Below, piece by piece: positions 9,583 to 18,989 of a stretch of 64,000 nucleotides of DNA. Origin of the DNA: Minisyncoccia bacterium (lineage in GTDB: Bacteria; Patescibacteriota; Minisyncoccia; UBA6257; 2-01-FULL-56-20). The first letter of the stretch is position 1. The number at the start of each line of letters is the position of its first letter. The position numbers and the translations under genes are program-made. The notes beneath the pieces were generated by a model. The model worked only from the letters and a program-made list of their open reading frames with translations, was not told the DNA's origin and did not search any database. Where the stretch lies: the NCBI GenBank assembly GCA_049997875.1, contig JBEKRC010000002.1:2755-66754 (forward strand), read 5' to 3'.

Positions 9583-10763
9583 TCCAGCGCGGGGTTGCCT
9601 CTTTCGGGCTTGATTACGGCCGTTGTCCGCCGTGGCTTTTTGAGCGGATGGTGAAACTGGGCCGCGAGATGGCGTACGTGCTCATTGCGGAGTACGGGCC
9701 GGACGAGTTCATCAAGCGAATTGCGGATCCGGTATGGTTCCAGTCGCTTGGCACGGTGCTCGCGTTTGATTGGAATGCGTCGGGGCTCACCACAATTCTT
9801 ACCGCGGCGCTCAAAGAGGCCATCCGTGGCCACGAAAGGGACTGGGGTGTGTTCATTTGCGGCGGGAAGGGGAAGACATCGCGGAAGACGCCGGAGGAAA
9901 TCGCGCAATGGGGCGAACGCCTCGCGCTTCCCGCAGCCGCGGCAAATAATCTTGTTTACAACTCAAAAATGAGCGCGAAGGTGGACAGCGCGCTCGTGCA
10001 GGATGGTTTCCAACTGTATCATCATTCGTTCTTTTTCTCTCGTCGCGGTGCGTGGGCGGTCGTGCAGCAGGGGATGAACAAAGAAAAACGTTCGGCGCGC
10101 CGCTATCATTGGTTCTCGGAAAATATAAACGATCTGGTCTCCGAGCCGCATTCGGGCATCTCATCGCCCGTCGTGCTGAACCGGGTCTTGGATCTTACGG
10201 CAAAACGCAGCGCCGCGGCGCGGCAAATCTCCACTGAGCTCGTGCAGGCCGGCTACGCGACACTCATGAAAGACATCAAGCTCCTGCGTAAGTATTCCTC
10301 GCCGCTTTCACAGATGGCAAAGTTTGAGAATAGAGCGGGGGAGCAGCTTACCTTAATGAACCTTGCAACGCGCGAGTTCAAATCCCATCCGGTGGTGCAC
10401 GAGAATTTTGCGCAGAGCAAATATCTGGAAAAGATTCTGGCAAAGGTGGTGGACCGGAAACCCGCAAATTATGAAAAACTGATTGCCATTCCCGGCGTGG
10501 GACCGAAGACGGTCCGGGCGCTCGCGCTCGTGGGCGAGGTGATCTACGGGGCAAAGCCATCCTACGAAGACCCCGCACGCTACAGTTTTGCGCACGGGGG
10601 CAAGGACGCGACGCCATATCCCGTGGACCGAAATACCTACGACCAGACGATTGCCATCTTAAGTTCGGCGGTGCAAAAGACGAAATTGTTGCCGGACGAG
10701 AAAAGAAGGGCAATTGGCCGGCTTTGGCAAAGCTCGCAAATGACGCCGCGATCCATGCTATAA
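9579..10763 (+). CDS. DUF763 family protein (HhH motif)
   Basis: LDYGRCPPWLFERM, DPVWFQSLGTVLAFDWNASGLTT, GGKGKTSRKTP, AKVDSALVQDGFQLYHH, IPGVGPKTVRAL, SFAHGGKDATPYPVD. Confidence 0.88.
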   Translation: MIQRGVASFGLDYGRCPPWLFERMVKLGREMAYVLIAEYGPDEFIKRIADPVWFQSLGTVLAFDWNASGLTTILTAALKEAIRGHERDWGVFICGGKGKTSRKTPEEIAQWGERLALPAAAANNLVYNSKMSAKVDSALVQDGFQLYHHSFFFSRRGAWAVVQQGMNKEKRSARRYHWFSENINDLVSEPHSGISSPVVLNRVLDLTAKRSAAARQISTELVQAGYATLMKDIKLLRKYSSPLSQMAKFENRAGEQLTLMNLATREFKSHPVVHENFAQSKYLEKILAKVVDRKPANYEKLIAIPGVGPKTVRALALVGEVIYGAKPSYEDPARYSFAHGGKDATPYPVDRNTYDQTIAILSSAVQKTKLLPDEKRRAIGRLWQSSQMTPRSML

Positions 10764-10772
10764 TAAAAGCAT

Positions 10773-11054
10773 ATGGACACCTTGATCCACGCCGACATTT
10801 TCTTTTTTGTGACGACGATCGCGGTCGTAATTGTGGGAGCGGTACTCGCCGTGGCGCTTATTTGTCTTGTAAAAATCCTTTCGGACATCAAAAAGATTAC
10901 CAAACAAGTGCATGAAGAGACGACATTATTCCGCGAGGATCTGCACGATTTGCGCACACAGGTGCGGCACGACGGATTCAGGTTGCAGCATTTTATTGAC
11001 TTCGTAACGCGACTTGTGCACCGAAAGAAAACTTCAAGGTCGAAAAAGGGATAA
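10773..11054 (+). CDS. Small single-TM coiled-coil protein (DUF948-like)
   Basis: HADIFFFVTTIAVVIVGAVLAVALICLVKIL followed by amphipathic helix; TATAAT 8 nt upstream. Confidence 0.75.
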   Translation: MDTLIHADIFFFVTTIAVVIVGAVLAVALICLVKILSDIKKITKQVHEETTLFREDLHDLRTQVRHDGFRLQHFIDFVTRLVHRKKTSRSKKG

Positions 11055-11061
11055 AAAAATT

Positions 11062-11442
11062 ATGAAAAAAAAGACGAAAAGAATCGCAACGGAAGCAGGT
11101 GCGGGCATATTGACCGCCGCGGCGCTTGCAGCCGCAGGCGCCTATTTGCTTTCCAGCAAGCGGCAACGGGCGAAGATGAAAGCATGGGCAGTGAAAGCGC
11201 GGCACGAAGTCGCGAAGAACGTCCGGACGGCGCGGCGGATGGGAGAGAGGGAATATAAACGCGTTGTAGACCGCGCGACCAAGCACTACGGTTCGCTCCA
11301 CGATGTGAATGCGAGGGAGGTGGTGAGAGTAGCGCAGGACATGAAGGCGGAATGGAGCCGGCTCCAGAAGAACGCAAAAGTGCTTATGAAGATTGCGCGA
11401 GGGAAGAGATCGTCGCGGAAGGCGCGTCGCAGGAAGAAATAA
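11062..11442 (+). CDS. Basic hypothetical protein with N-terminal hydrophobic helix (YtxH-like)
   Basis: GAGILTAAALAAAGAYLL followed by Lys/Arg-rich helices; follows a DUF948-like gene. Confidence 0.7.
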   Translation: MKKKTKRIATEAGAGILTAAALAAAGAYLLSSKRQRAKMKAWAVKARHEVAKNVRTARRMGEREYKRVVDRATKHYGSLHDVNAREVVRVAQDMKAEWSRLQKNAKVLMKIARGKRSSRKARRRKK

Positions 11443-11461
11443 GGAAATAAACGTATAAGCG

Positions 11462-11497
11462 ATGAACCGCTCCGGCTCACGTGGCGGAGCGGTTCAT
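11462..11497. terminator. Hairpin between convergent genes
   Basis: ATGAACCGCTCCG-N10-CGGAGCGGTTCAT, perfect 13-bp inverted repeat. Confidence 0.65.
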
Positions 11498-12735
11498 TAT
11501 TCGTATCGCAGCGCCTCTATAGGGCTCTTTTTTGATGCCTGGCGGGCGGGATAGATGCCGAAGACGAGCCCGATGCCGGAGGAGACGCCAAGCCCGAGCG
11601 CGACAGCCGTCCAGGGGAGAACAAATTGCCAGTTAAGTGCGTAGACTTTGCTCAAAATGAGCGCAACCCCAAAGGAAACCAGTCCACCGAGCACGATGCC
11701 GATCACGCCGCCGATGGCCGTAAGAATGACCGCTTCCAAAAGAAATTGTGAAAGGATGTTGTTGTCGGTGGCGCCCAATGCTTTCCGCAAGCCGATTTCG
11801 CGCGTGCGCTCGGTGACGGAGACGAGCATGATGTTCATGATGCCGATGCCGCCCACGACAAGGGAAACCGCGGCGACCGAAGCGAGAAAGAGCGTAAGGA
11901 CGTTCAGGATCGTGCTCACGGTCTGCATGGCGCTCTCCTGGGTTTGAATGTAGAAGTCGTCTTTGGAAGGATCAATGATGCCGTGATCGTTGCGGAGCGT
12001 CGCCGTGATATCGTCCGCGGTCGCGTTCACCGTGCTATTACTGTCCGCTTCCACGGTGATGCGGTTGAAATAGTTAATGCCGAAGATGTACGTCTGCGCC
12101 GTCGTGTACGGTACAAAAACGGCTTCATCAAAATTAAGGAACGAAAGCTGCCCGGTGCTTTTGAGGACGCCGACCACGCGGAAGGTGGTATTGTTGATGC
12201 GCACTTTTTGGCCGACCGCCGAGCTGCCGTCAAACAGTTTCTGCTCCACCGTTTTCCCGATCACGGCGACGTTTGATAAACTGGCCACGTCATCCGCGGT
12301 GAACATCTCTCCTTCGTCGGCCGTGATGTTGTAAATGTCGCCAAAAAGCTCCGTCGTGCCCAAGAGGGTTGCCTGGTACGTGTTCGTCTGCCACGAAACC
12401 GCTTCGCTGCCGAAGACGATGGGCATCACGGTCGCCGCGTGGGGAACGTTGGCTTTGTTTTCAAGAGCCGCGAGGTCGCTCTTCTTCAGCGAATCGGTGA
12501 ACATGGAGAGAAAATCAGTCGGGCTCGTGGGCTGCCGGCCCGGGACGATCGCGATCACGCGCGAGCCGATGCTCTGGATCTGCCCGAGGATCAGCCCCTG
12601 CGCGCCCTGCCCAAGGGACATCACGATGATGATGGCCGTGATGCCGATCACGATGCCCAAAATGGTGAGGAACGAACGCGAGCGGTTCGTGGCAAGGCCG
12701 GTCGTGGCTGTTTTAGCGAGCTGGCTGATTTTCAT
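11497..12735 (-). CDS. MacB/FtsX-type ABC transporter permease
   Basis: RSFLTILGIVIGI, GGIGIMNIMLVSVTERTREIGLRKALGA, FGIYPARQASKKSPIEALRYE. Confidence 0.93.
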   Translation of the reverse strand: MKISQLAKTATTGLATNRSRSFLTILGIVIGITAIIIVMSLGQGAQGLILGQIQSIGSRVIAIVPGRQPTSPTDFLSMFTDSLKKSDLAALENKANVPHAATVMPIVFGSEAVSWQTNTYQATLLGTTELFGDIYNITADEGEMFTADDVASLSNVAVIGKTVEQKLFDGSSAVGQKVRINNTTFRVVGVLKSTGQLSFLNFDEAVFVPYTTAQTYIFGINYFNRITVEADSNSTVNATADDITATLRNDHGIIDPSKDDFYIQTQESAMQTVSTILNVLTLFLASVAAVSLVVGGIGIMNIMLVSVTERTREIGLRKALGATDNNILSQFLLEAVILTAIGGVIGIVLGGLVSFGVALILSKVYALNWQFVLPWTAVALGLGVSSGIGLVFGIYPARQASKKSPIEALRYE

Positions 12736-12741
12736 GGCGGT

Positions 12742-13461
12742 TTATTTTTCAAATATATCGGTCGCGTGGCGGCGCTTTGCGACTTTTTCGTTGGAATCAA
12801 TGCGTCCGTCCAGAATGGTGAGGATCCGCTCCGCATGTTCCGCGGTGTGCGTTTCATGCGTGATCAAAATGATCGTGTGTCCCTGCTCTTCGTTCAGCCG
12901 CTGGATCGTTCGCATCACCGCTTGCCCTGATTTGGAATCAAGGTTGCCGGTCGGCTCGTCCGCAAAAATAACCTGAGGAGAGAGGATGAGCGCGCGGGCG
13001 ATCGCCACCCGCTGCCGTTCGCCGCCGGAGAGCTGATAGGATTGGTGGTGCATCCGATGCGTAAGCCCTACGGTCTCAATGGCTTTCATCGCCATATCGT
13101 TCCACTGCGCCTCCGGGATGTCCGAATAGAGCAGGGGAAGCTTGACGTTCTCTAAAACGGTTGAGCGCGCAAGCAGATTGAACGCCTGGAAGATGAACCC
13201 CATTTTGTGGTTGCGGATGTGCGCAAGTTCATCTTCGGAATATTCCGACATTTCTTTTCCGTCAAAGACATACGTGCCGCTCGTGTAGCGGTCAAGAAAA
13301 CCGAGAATGTGGAGCAGCGTGGATTTGCCGGAGCCGGACGGCCCCATGATCGCCACGAATTCGCCCGCGTTCACGGAGAGTGAAACGTCCTCCACGGCAA
13401 CGGTTTCTGCGCCTTCGCTGCCATAGACCTTGCGGAGCGATTTCGCCTCAATAAGTGCCAT
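12742..13461 (-). CDS. ABC transporter ATP-binding protein (MacB/LolD-like)
   Basis: GPSGSGKST, LSGGERQRVAIARAL, FADEPTGNLDS, ITHE. Confidence 0.95.
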   Translation of the reverse strand: MALIEAKSLRKVYGSEGAETVAVEDVSLSVNAGEFVAIMGPSGSGKSTLLHILGFLDRYTSGTYVFDGKEMSEYSEDELAHIRNHKMGFIFQAFNLLARSTVLENVKLPLLYSDIPEAQWNDMAMKAIETVGLTHRMHHQSYQLSGGERQRVAIARALILSPQVIFADEPTGNLDSKSGQAVMRTIQRLNEEQGHTIILITHETHTAEHAERILTILDGRIDSNEKVAKRRHATDIFEK

Positions 13462-13475
13462 AGGACGGCATTGTG

Positions 13476-15044
13476 CTATGAGGACGAGGAGCGAGCGACG
13501 ACCTCTCCTTCTTCCAATCCCGACATGATTTCTATGTTGCCGTTCTGGTCGCGGATGCCCGTCGTCACGCTGCGCGTCTCAAGCGGCGTTTTCGCGCCAT
13601 GATAGGCCTGCACGGCGTAGGTGCCGTCCGCGTTCGTCGTCACGTAGCGCTGGGGGATATAGATGACGTTCTCGTGCGTCGCGGTCGTGATGTCCAGATT
13701 TGCCGTCATGCCCGGTTTTACATCGGAGCCGAGGTTATCAAATTGGAACGTCGTTTTATAGGTCGGAACGCCTTCAACGAGCGTTTCGCCCGGATCAATA
13801 TAGGTAACTTTGCCGGAGAAAGTTTTTCCTTGGAAGGCGTCCAAGGTCATGGACACAACGTCGCCCACGCTTACTTTGCCGATATCGGCTTCCGCGATCT
13901 GCGCGTTAACTTCCAGCCCTTGGTCGGAAATGAGAGAAACAAGAACGGCGCCGGGCGTCGCAATCTCGCCAACCTTCGCGTTTTGCACCGTGATCACGCC
14001 GGAAACGGGCGCGACGAGCGACGCCTTCCCGATGCTTACTTGGATGCTTTGCGCGCTCGCCTGCGCCTGTTCCACTTGCGCCTTTTGCGCGTCAATGTCG
14101 TTTTGCGTGGACCCGGCGAGCGTGAGGGCAAGCTGCGCCTGGAGCTGCTGCACGCTGATCTTTTCCGAGGCGATGCCCTGTATCGCCGTATTTATTTCCG
14201 TCGCGCCGGCGTTCGTTTCGTTCAATCCCGCGGTCACGTCCGTTTTATAGGTTGCCGTGGTTGAGACGGGAATGTTCGTGACGTTCGTAAGCCCCGCCGA
14301 GACCTCATTGAGGAAATTTTGGATGATCGTCAGATGACTCGCGGCGTCCGCAAGCGCCGTATCAAGCGTTGTGGAAGGGGAAGAATCGCTTATGCCCGCA
14401 AGCTCAGTAGCCCATACATTGAGTTCGGTGCTCGCCTGCAGGCGGCCAAAGTTTATGTCGTTTAAAAGCTGCGAATCGGTGATGGGAAAGACCCACTGCG
14501 GATTGTTGCCTTCCGGATTGGAGAAAAAAGAAGCCAGCTGATTCCGTACCGCGTCGTTGGACTTCGCGTAAGCGTCCGCAAGCAACGTGTTCACGCCCGC
14601 ATAGGTGTTCGCGAGGGTTTGTTCCGCTTCGGCAAGCTGCGTTTGCGAGATCGTTATGTCTTCCGGGCGGGAGCCGGCTTCAAGCGATTGCAATTTCGCG
14701 GCCTGGGTATCCACATTGGCCTGCGCTTGGGCAAGCTGTGATTGGAGGTCGCTCGTGTCCAATCGCACGATGACCCCGCCCGCATTCACATGGGAACCAA
14801 CGTCGGCGCTGACCGAGGCGATTATGCCGCCATTTTCAAAGGCAAGATCAACATCGTGCACCGGCGCGGTGTTCCCCGTGACGCTCACGATCTGCGTGAC
14901 CGTGCCGCGCGCGGCCGTCGCGAATTGATAGGGGGATGCCGTTGGCGCGAACCAAAAATGATACACGCCCCACGCAACAAGAAGGATGGCGGCGGCCAGA
15001 AGGATTTTTTTCGTTACGCTCAAACGAGCAAAGAATGCTTTCAT
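13476..15044 (-). CDS. MacA/HlyD-type membrane fusion (adaptor) protein with extended helical hairpin
   Basis: N-terminal TM, lipoyl halves (GGIIASVSADVGSHV; APVSGVITVQNAKVGE), EADIGKVSVG, KPGMTANLDI, GNIEIMSGLEEGE. Confidence 0.9.
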   Translation of the reverse strand: MKAFFARLSVTKKILLAAAILLVAWGVYHFWFAPTASPYQFATAARGTVTQIVSVTGNTAPVHDVDLAFENGGIIASVSADVGSHVNAGGVIVRLDTSDLQSQLAQAQANVDTQAAKLQSLEAGSRPEDITISQTQLAEAEQTLANTYAGVNTLLADAYAKSNDAVRNQLASFFSNPEGNNPQWVFPITDSQLLNDINFGRLQASTELNVWATELAGISDSSPSTTLDTALADAASHLTIIQNFLNEVSAGLTNVTNIPVSTTATYKTDVTAGLNETNAGATEINTAIQGIASEKISVQQLQAQLALTLAGSTQNDIDAQKAQVEQAQASAQSIQVSIGKASLVAPVSGVITVQNAKVGEIATPGAVLVSLISDQGLEVNAQIAEADIGKVSVGDVVSMTLDAFQGKTFSGKVTYIDPGETLVEGVPTYKTTFQFDNLGSDVKPGMTANLDITTATHENVIYIPQRYVTTNADGTYAVQAYHGAKTPLETRSVTTGIRDQNGNIEIMSGLEEGEVVARSSSS

Positions 15045-15144
15045 GGTCTTATTATACTATATAAGTATGGCGTTGTCTTATACACAGTCCGATTTGACAT
15101 CGTATAGTTAAGTATGTTAATAATTATGTATATAAACAACTTAC

Positions 15145-15948
15145 ATGGAAAACATAATAGAGGTACATAATTTAGTCAAGCGGTTCGGCGAGTTTACGGC
15201 AGTGGACGACATTTCGTTTAATGTAGAGAAGGGGCAGATTTTCGCCTTTCTGGGGCCGAATGGGGCAGGGAAGTCCACCACCATTAAGATGCTCACCACG
15301 CTTCTGCATCCCACGAGCGGTTCAATCACGCTTGCCGGCCACAGCCCAACGAAGGATCCCGAAGAAGTGCGGCACTCGTTCGGGATCGTGTTCCAGGACC
15401 CAAGCCTGGACGACGAACTTACGGCAAAGGAAAACATGGAATTCCATGGGGTCCTGTATAATGTCCCTGCGAAATTGCGCAAAGAGCGCGTTCTGCAACT
15501 CATGAAGTTCGTAGAATTGTGGGACCGGCGCGACAGCCTGGTTAAGGAATTTTCCGGCGGCATGAAGCGGCGGCTGGAAATCGCGCGCGGCCTTTTGCAC
15601 CATCCGAAAGTGATATTTTTGGACGAGCCGACGCTCGGCCTTGATCCGCAGACGCGCAACCATATGTGGACCTATCTGCAGGAGTTGAACAAAACGGAAG
15701 GCATCACGGTATTCTTCACGACGCACTACATGGAGGAGGCGGCGCGCATAGCCCAGCGGATCGCGATCATTGATCACGGCAAGATCGTCGCCGCGGGAGA
15801 CGCGCAGGAGCTCATGAAGCAGACGGGAACCGGTTCGCTCGAGGATGCATTCCTCAAGTTGACGGGCAACGTGATCCGCGAAGAAGAATCAAGCGCGGTT
15901 GACCGGTTGCGTTCGCGCGCCCGCAGATGGGGCGGCGGACGGCGCTAG
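15145..15948 (+). CDS. ABC transporter ATP-binding protein (DrrA-like)
   Basis: GPNGAGKST, FSGGMKRRLEIARGL, LDEPTLGLDPQ, TTHYMEEA. Confidence 0.94.
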   Translation: MENIIEVHNLVKRFGEFTAVDDISFNVEKGQIFAFLGPNGAGKSTTIKMLTTLLHPTSGSITLAGHSPTKDPEEVRHSFGIVFQDPSLDDELTAKENMEFHGVLYNVPAKLRKERVLQLMKFVELWDRRDSLVKEFSGGMKRRLEIARGLLHHPKVIFLDEPTLGLDPQTRNHMWTYLQELNKTEGITVFFTTHYMEEAARIAQRIAIIDHGKIVAAGDAQELMKQTGTGSLEDAFLKLTGNVIREEESSAVDRLRSRARRWGGGRR

Positions 15949-15976
15949 CAAATTTTGCAAGAAAACAAAAAAAATC

Positions 15977-16723
15977 ATGAAAACCATCTATATAATGTGG
16001 CTCCGCGAGCTGAAGCGGTACTTCCGTTCAAGGTCCCGGATGATCGGCTCGCTTGGCCAGCCGATTCTTTTTCTGCTCGCGCTCGGGTACGGCCTGGGTT
16101 CCGTTTTCCAAGCGGCGGGGCAGGGGAATTATTTCCAGTTTTTGGTACCGGGCATCGTCGGCATGAGCATTATTTTCACTGCGATCTTTTCCGGCATCCA
16201 GCTCATTTGGGACCGGCAGTTCGGATTTTTGAAGGAGACGCTTGTCGCACCGGTATCGCGGCTCAATATTATGATCGGGCGCACGCTCGGCGGTGCGACC
16301 GTCGCGACGTTCCAGGGGATCATCGTTTTCTTGATTTCCACAGTGTTCGGTTTCCGTCCCGATAATTGGTGGCTTCTGCCCGTCGCCATCGTTTTTATGC
16401 TTCTCGTCGCGCTCCTCTTTACCGCGCTCGGCACCGGCATCGCGTCGCTCCTTGAAGACATGCAGGGTTTCCAGCTCATCATGAACTTCCTCGTCATGCC
16501 GTTATTCTTCCTGTCCGGCGCGCTTTTTCCGCTCTCCGGCCTGCCCGCCGTCCTTTCCGGCCTTACGATCATAGACCCGCTTTCGTATGGCATTGATTCC
16601 TTCCGTGCGCTTCTTGTGAACACCACGCATTTCGGCCTCGGCGTTGACTTCGTCGTGCTTGCGGTTGTCACGACAGTGTTTCTGGTGGCAGGGAGCTATC
16701 TGTTCTCAAAGATTGAAGTATAA
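15977..16723 (+). CDS. ABC-2 type transporter permease
   Basis: WLRELKRYFRSRSR, FLVPGIVGM, DRQFGFLKETLVAPVSR, FFLSGALFP, DPLSYGID. Confidence 0.92.
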   Translation: MKTIYIMWLRELKRYFRSRSRMIGSLGQPILFLLALGYGLGSVFQAAGQGNYFQFLVPGIVGMSIIFTAIFSGIQLIWDRQFGFLKETLVAPVSRLNIMIGRTLGGATVATFQGIIVFLISTVFGFRPDNWWLLPVAIVFMLLVALLFTALGTGIASLLEDMQGFQLIMNFLVMPLFFLSGALFPLSGLPAVLSGLTIIDPLSYGIDSFRALLVNTTHFGLGVDFVVLAVVTTVFLVAGSYLFSKIEV

Positions 16724-16742
16724 AGGGTATAATAGAGAGGTC

Positions 16743-17459
16743 ATGAAAGTGGAGTGGAACAAAGTGACGTGGTATTCCAAGATCATCGCGATTGTTCTTT
16801 TCGTGGCGCTTCCCTTCATTGGATTTTATTACGGTATCCGGTACGGGATGATCCTCCAGGGAACGCGCGATAGCGCGGCGCTCACAAGACAGAATGCCAC
16901 TACGAGCGTGACGAGCTACTACGAAAACGTCTCCGCGTGGCAGGTTGGCGATAGGAGTGACGCGGGATTTTCCATCGCGTATCCGATTGACTTTGATACG
17001 AACGATAGTTATGCAACGACGCCGTCCATTGACTGGCGATTTGGCGTGGACGAGTCGCAGCCGGGCGTTCTTGCGTTCACGCTTATGATCCCGCGGGCTT
17101 TTGAACCGCAGACGAACTTTGCCGATGCGAAACTCACTGTGGGATACAGCGCGAACGGCGTTGCGGTTGCGCAGTGCCTTATGCCGGGTCCGGCATCCGG
17201 CCCTTCAAGTGCAACCTCGAGCGCTATGATAAACGGCGTCGCCTTCACCGTGTTCCATGCCACTGATGCGGGCGCAGGCAATTATTATGAGACCACGAGC
17301 TACCGGACGGTCCAGGCAGGGAAGTGCTGGGCGGTGGAATATACCATTCATTCGTCACAGATCGCGAACTATCCGCCGCAGTACGGCCTCCAGCCGTTTG
17401 ACAAGGCCAAGCTCACCGATCTTTTGGACCGCATTGTGGGCACGTTCCGTTTCCAATAA
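16743..17459 (+). CDS. Membrane-anchored extracytoplasmic protein (PsbP-like C-terminus possible)
   Basis: WNKVTWYSKIIAIVLFVALPFIGFYYG TM; GFSIAYP...DRIVGTFRF. Confidence 0.75.
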   Translation: MKVEWNKVTWYSKIIAIVLFVALPFIGFYYGIRYGMILQGTRDSAALTRQNATTSVTSYYENVSAWQVGDRSDAGFSIAYPIDFDTNDSYATTPSIDWRFGVDESQPGVLAFTLMIPRAFEPQTNFADAKLTVGYSANGVAVAQCLMPGPASGPSSATSSAMINGVAFTVFHATDAGAGNYYETTSYRTVQAGKCWAVEYTIHSSQIANYPPQYGLQPFDKAKLTDLLDRIVGTFRFQ

Positions 17460-17465
17460 AACATT

Positions 17466-18149
17466 ATGAGAAAAGCAAGCGCCGTTGTTCTTGTTGCCAT
17501 TATGCTCCTCGTCGTCCTTGTGGGCATCGGGCGGTTTTTCACCTATTCGGGTCCCGCTGCGCCGAACGGGCCGGAGCCAGGCAATAATACGCAGAACGGC
17601 CTGCCCCAAACGCAAGTGGTCACCTATATGCCTGCGACGCCCGCGAGTTCAACGCCGATGCAAGAAGGTTCCTGCTGGACGAGTTCCATCGCGGCGCCTT
17701 TCCGGAGGGATGCGTGGCGGTGCGCGGTGGGGAATTCCATAAGCGATCCCTGTTTCCAAATCCCCGGAAGCACAAACCTTCTCTGCGGCGCGAACCCGGC
17801 AATCCCCGATGCCACTTCTTCGTTCGTTTTGAAGCTCACGAAATCACTCCCTGCGCCGGACACTATGCAAGGTTCCGCCCCCGCGGACTGGGCGTGGCTT
17901 ATAAAACTTGCGGACGGGACGGTGTGCTCTCCCTTCACCGGTACGCTCCCCATCGCGCAGGGCGGCGTTTCTGCAAGCTACGGTTGCGCTCCGAAGATCC
18001 CCGGCGGCGAAGGGCTTCTGATTTTCAACGATTTGAATACCAGCACAAGCGAGTGGACGGCGGAGGTGGGAACGCTCGCCGCCGTTACCTCCGGCTTGCC
18101 GGCCGTGGTGGGAGAGACGACGGTGCCGGTGGACACGGTATGGCAGTAA
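17466..18149 (+). CDS. Secreted/anchored Cys-containing hypothetical protein
   Basis: Signal/TM segment, then GSCWTSSIAAPFRRDAWRCAVGNSISDPCF; six Cys. Confidence 0.75.
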   Translation: MRKASAVVLVAIMLLVVLVGIGRFFTYSGPAAPNGPEPGNNTQNGLPQTQVVTYMPATPASSTPMQEGSCWTSSIAAPFRRDAWRCAVGNSISDPCFQIPGSTNLLCGANPAIPDATSSFVLKLTKSLPAPDTMQGSAPADWAWLIKLADGTVCSPFTGTLPIAQGGVSASYGCAPKIPGGEGLLIFNDLNTSTSEWTAEVGTLAAVTSGLPAVVGETTVPVDTVWQ

Positions 18150-18162
18150 CGCTGATTCCTTG

Positions 18163-18456
18163 TTAAAGCATATTCAACGCTCTCCATATGTCATTTTCGC
18201 CAATACCGTAATCCAGCAGCTGCTTGAAAATTCTCTGATTGTGTTGTTTCCCCAAGCTCTTTTGAATAGTCGTTACGAAACCCCTCGTATCAGAGGGGTC
18301 TGGAAATTTTGGGTCGCGAATAACGCCGTGCGAGCCCCTTCCCCACGAGTTGCTAAAATCCAGTCCTAATTTTCGCGCGGCTTTTTCCCAGTCATTCTGT
18401 CGTATCTTTCCTATACCCTGCCATAAATCCTTACGTTCAATTCTTTCTTCAGCCAT
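18163..18456 (-). CDS. Divergent HicA-like toxin
   Basis: 97 aa; helix WEKAARKLG, then GRGSHGVIRDP (GSH catalytic motif of HicA); downstream of a HicB-like gene. Confidence 0.55.
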   Translation of the reverse strand: MAEERIERKDLWQGIGKIRQNDWEKAARKLGLDFSNSWGRGSHGVIRDPKFPDPSDTRGFVTTIQKSLGKQHNQRIFKQLLDYGIGENDIWRALNML

Positions 18457-18474
18457 AACACCGTAATTTCAATG

Positions 18475-18819
18475 CTATGCGAATACCCTTTCTTCTTCCA
18501 CGGCAACTGGCTCTCCGATGTTTTTTAACAAGCTGTCTTTTGAAAGATACGGAGGAATACCAAACGCAGCAAAGACGGCATCTTTTATCTGCGAGTTAAT
18601 TTCTTCATCTGTTGTTTTCGGGTCGGTTCCGCCAGTAATAATACCCTTAATGTTTTCACACTCCGCTATCCACCCCTCGTTATTTTTTTGAACTTTGAAT
18701 CGCAAACTGCCGCCCATTTTCTGTATCTCGTTTCGCATACCTTGCACACGATAATTCCGCTCCGCTTCAATAGGGAAGTTAAAAAGTTTCGCTAAATTGT
18801 ATTGAGCTTTACGAAGCAT
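18475..18819 (-). CDS. Divergent HicB-like antitoxin
   Basis: KVQKNNEGWIAECENIKGIITGG...DEEINSQIKDAV matches the HicB partial RNase H fold pattern. Confidence 0.55.
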   Translation of the reverse strand: MLRKAQYNLAKLFNFPIEAERNYRVQGMRNEIQKMGGSLRFKVQKNNEGWIAECENIKGIITGGTDPKTTDEEINSQIKDAVFAAFGIPPYLSKDSLLKNIGEPVAVEEERVFA

Positions 18820-18914
18820 TGTACTTCCAAGTAATTATAGCAGTTTGCTTGCGTGCTTGCTGTGGAAAACTATACCGCCGTAGTCCCACCTCTATTTGGG
18901 TCATCTGGGGCTAC

Positions 18915-18943
18915 ATTGTACATTTTATAAATTTATACGTCAA
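18915..18943 (-). promoter_or_regulatory. sigma70 promoter with palindromic spacer (putative operator)
   Basis: Minus strand TTGACG-N17-TACAAT; spacer holds perfect palindrome TATAAATTTATA (18926-18937). Confidence 0.6.
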
Positions 18944-18989
18944 CAAACTTTACCCTTACCCTATCCCGCCAACCGTATTTTCTTTTCCG

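Noticed and set aside
15094-15140. MarR-like operator in the divergent ABC promoter region
   Set aside because: Only an imperfect AT-rich inverted repeat, and no regulator gene nearby.
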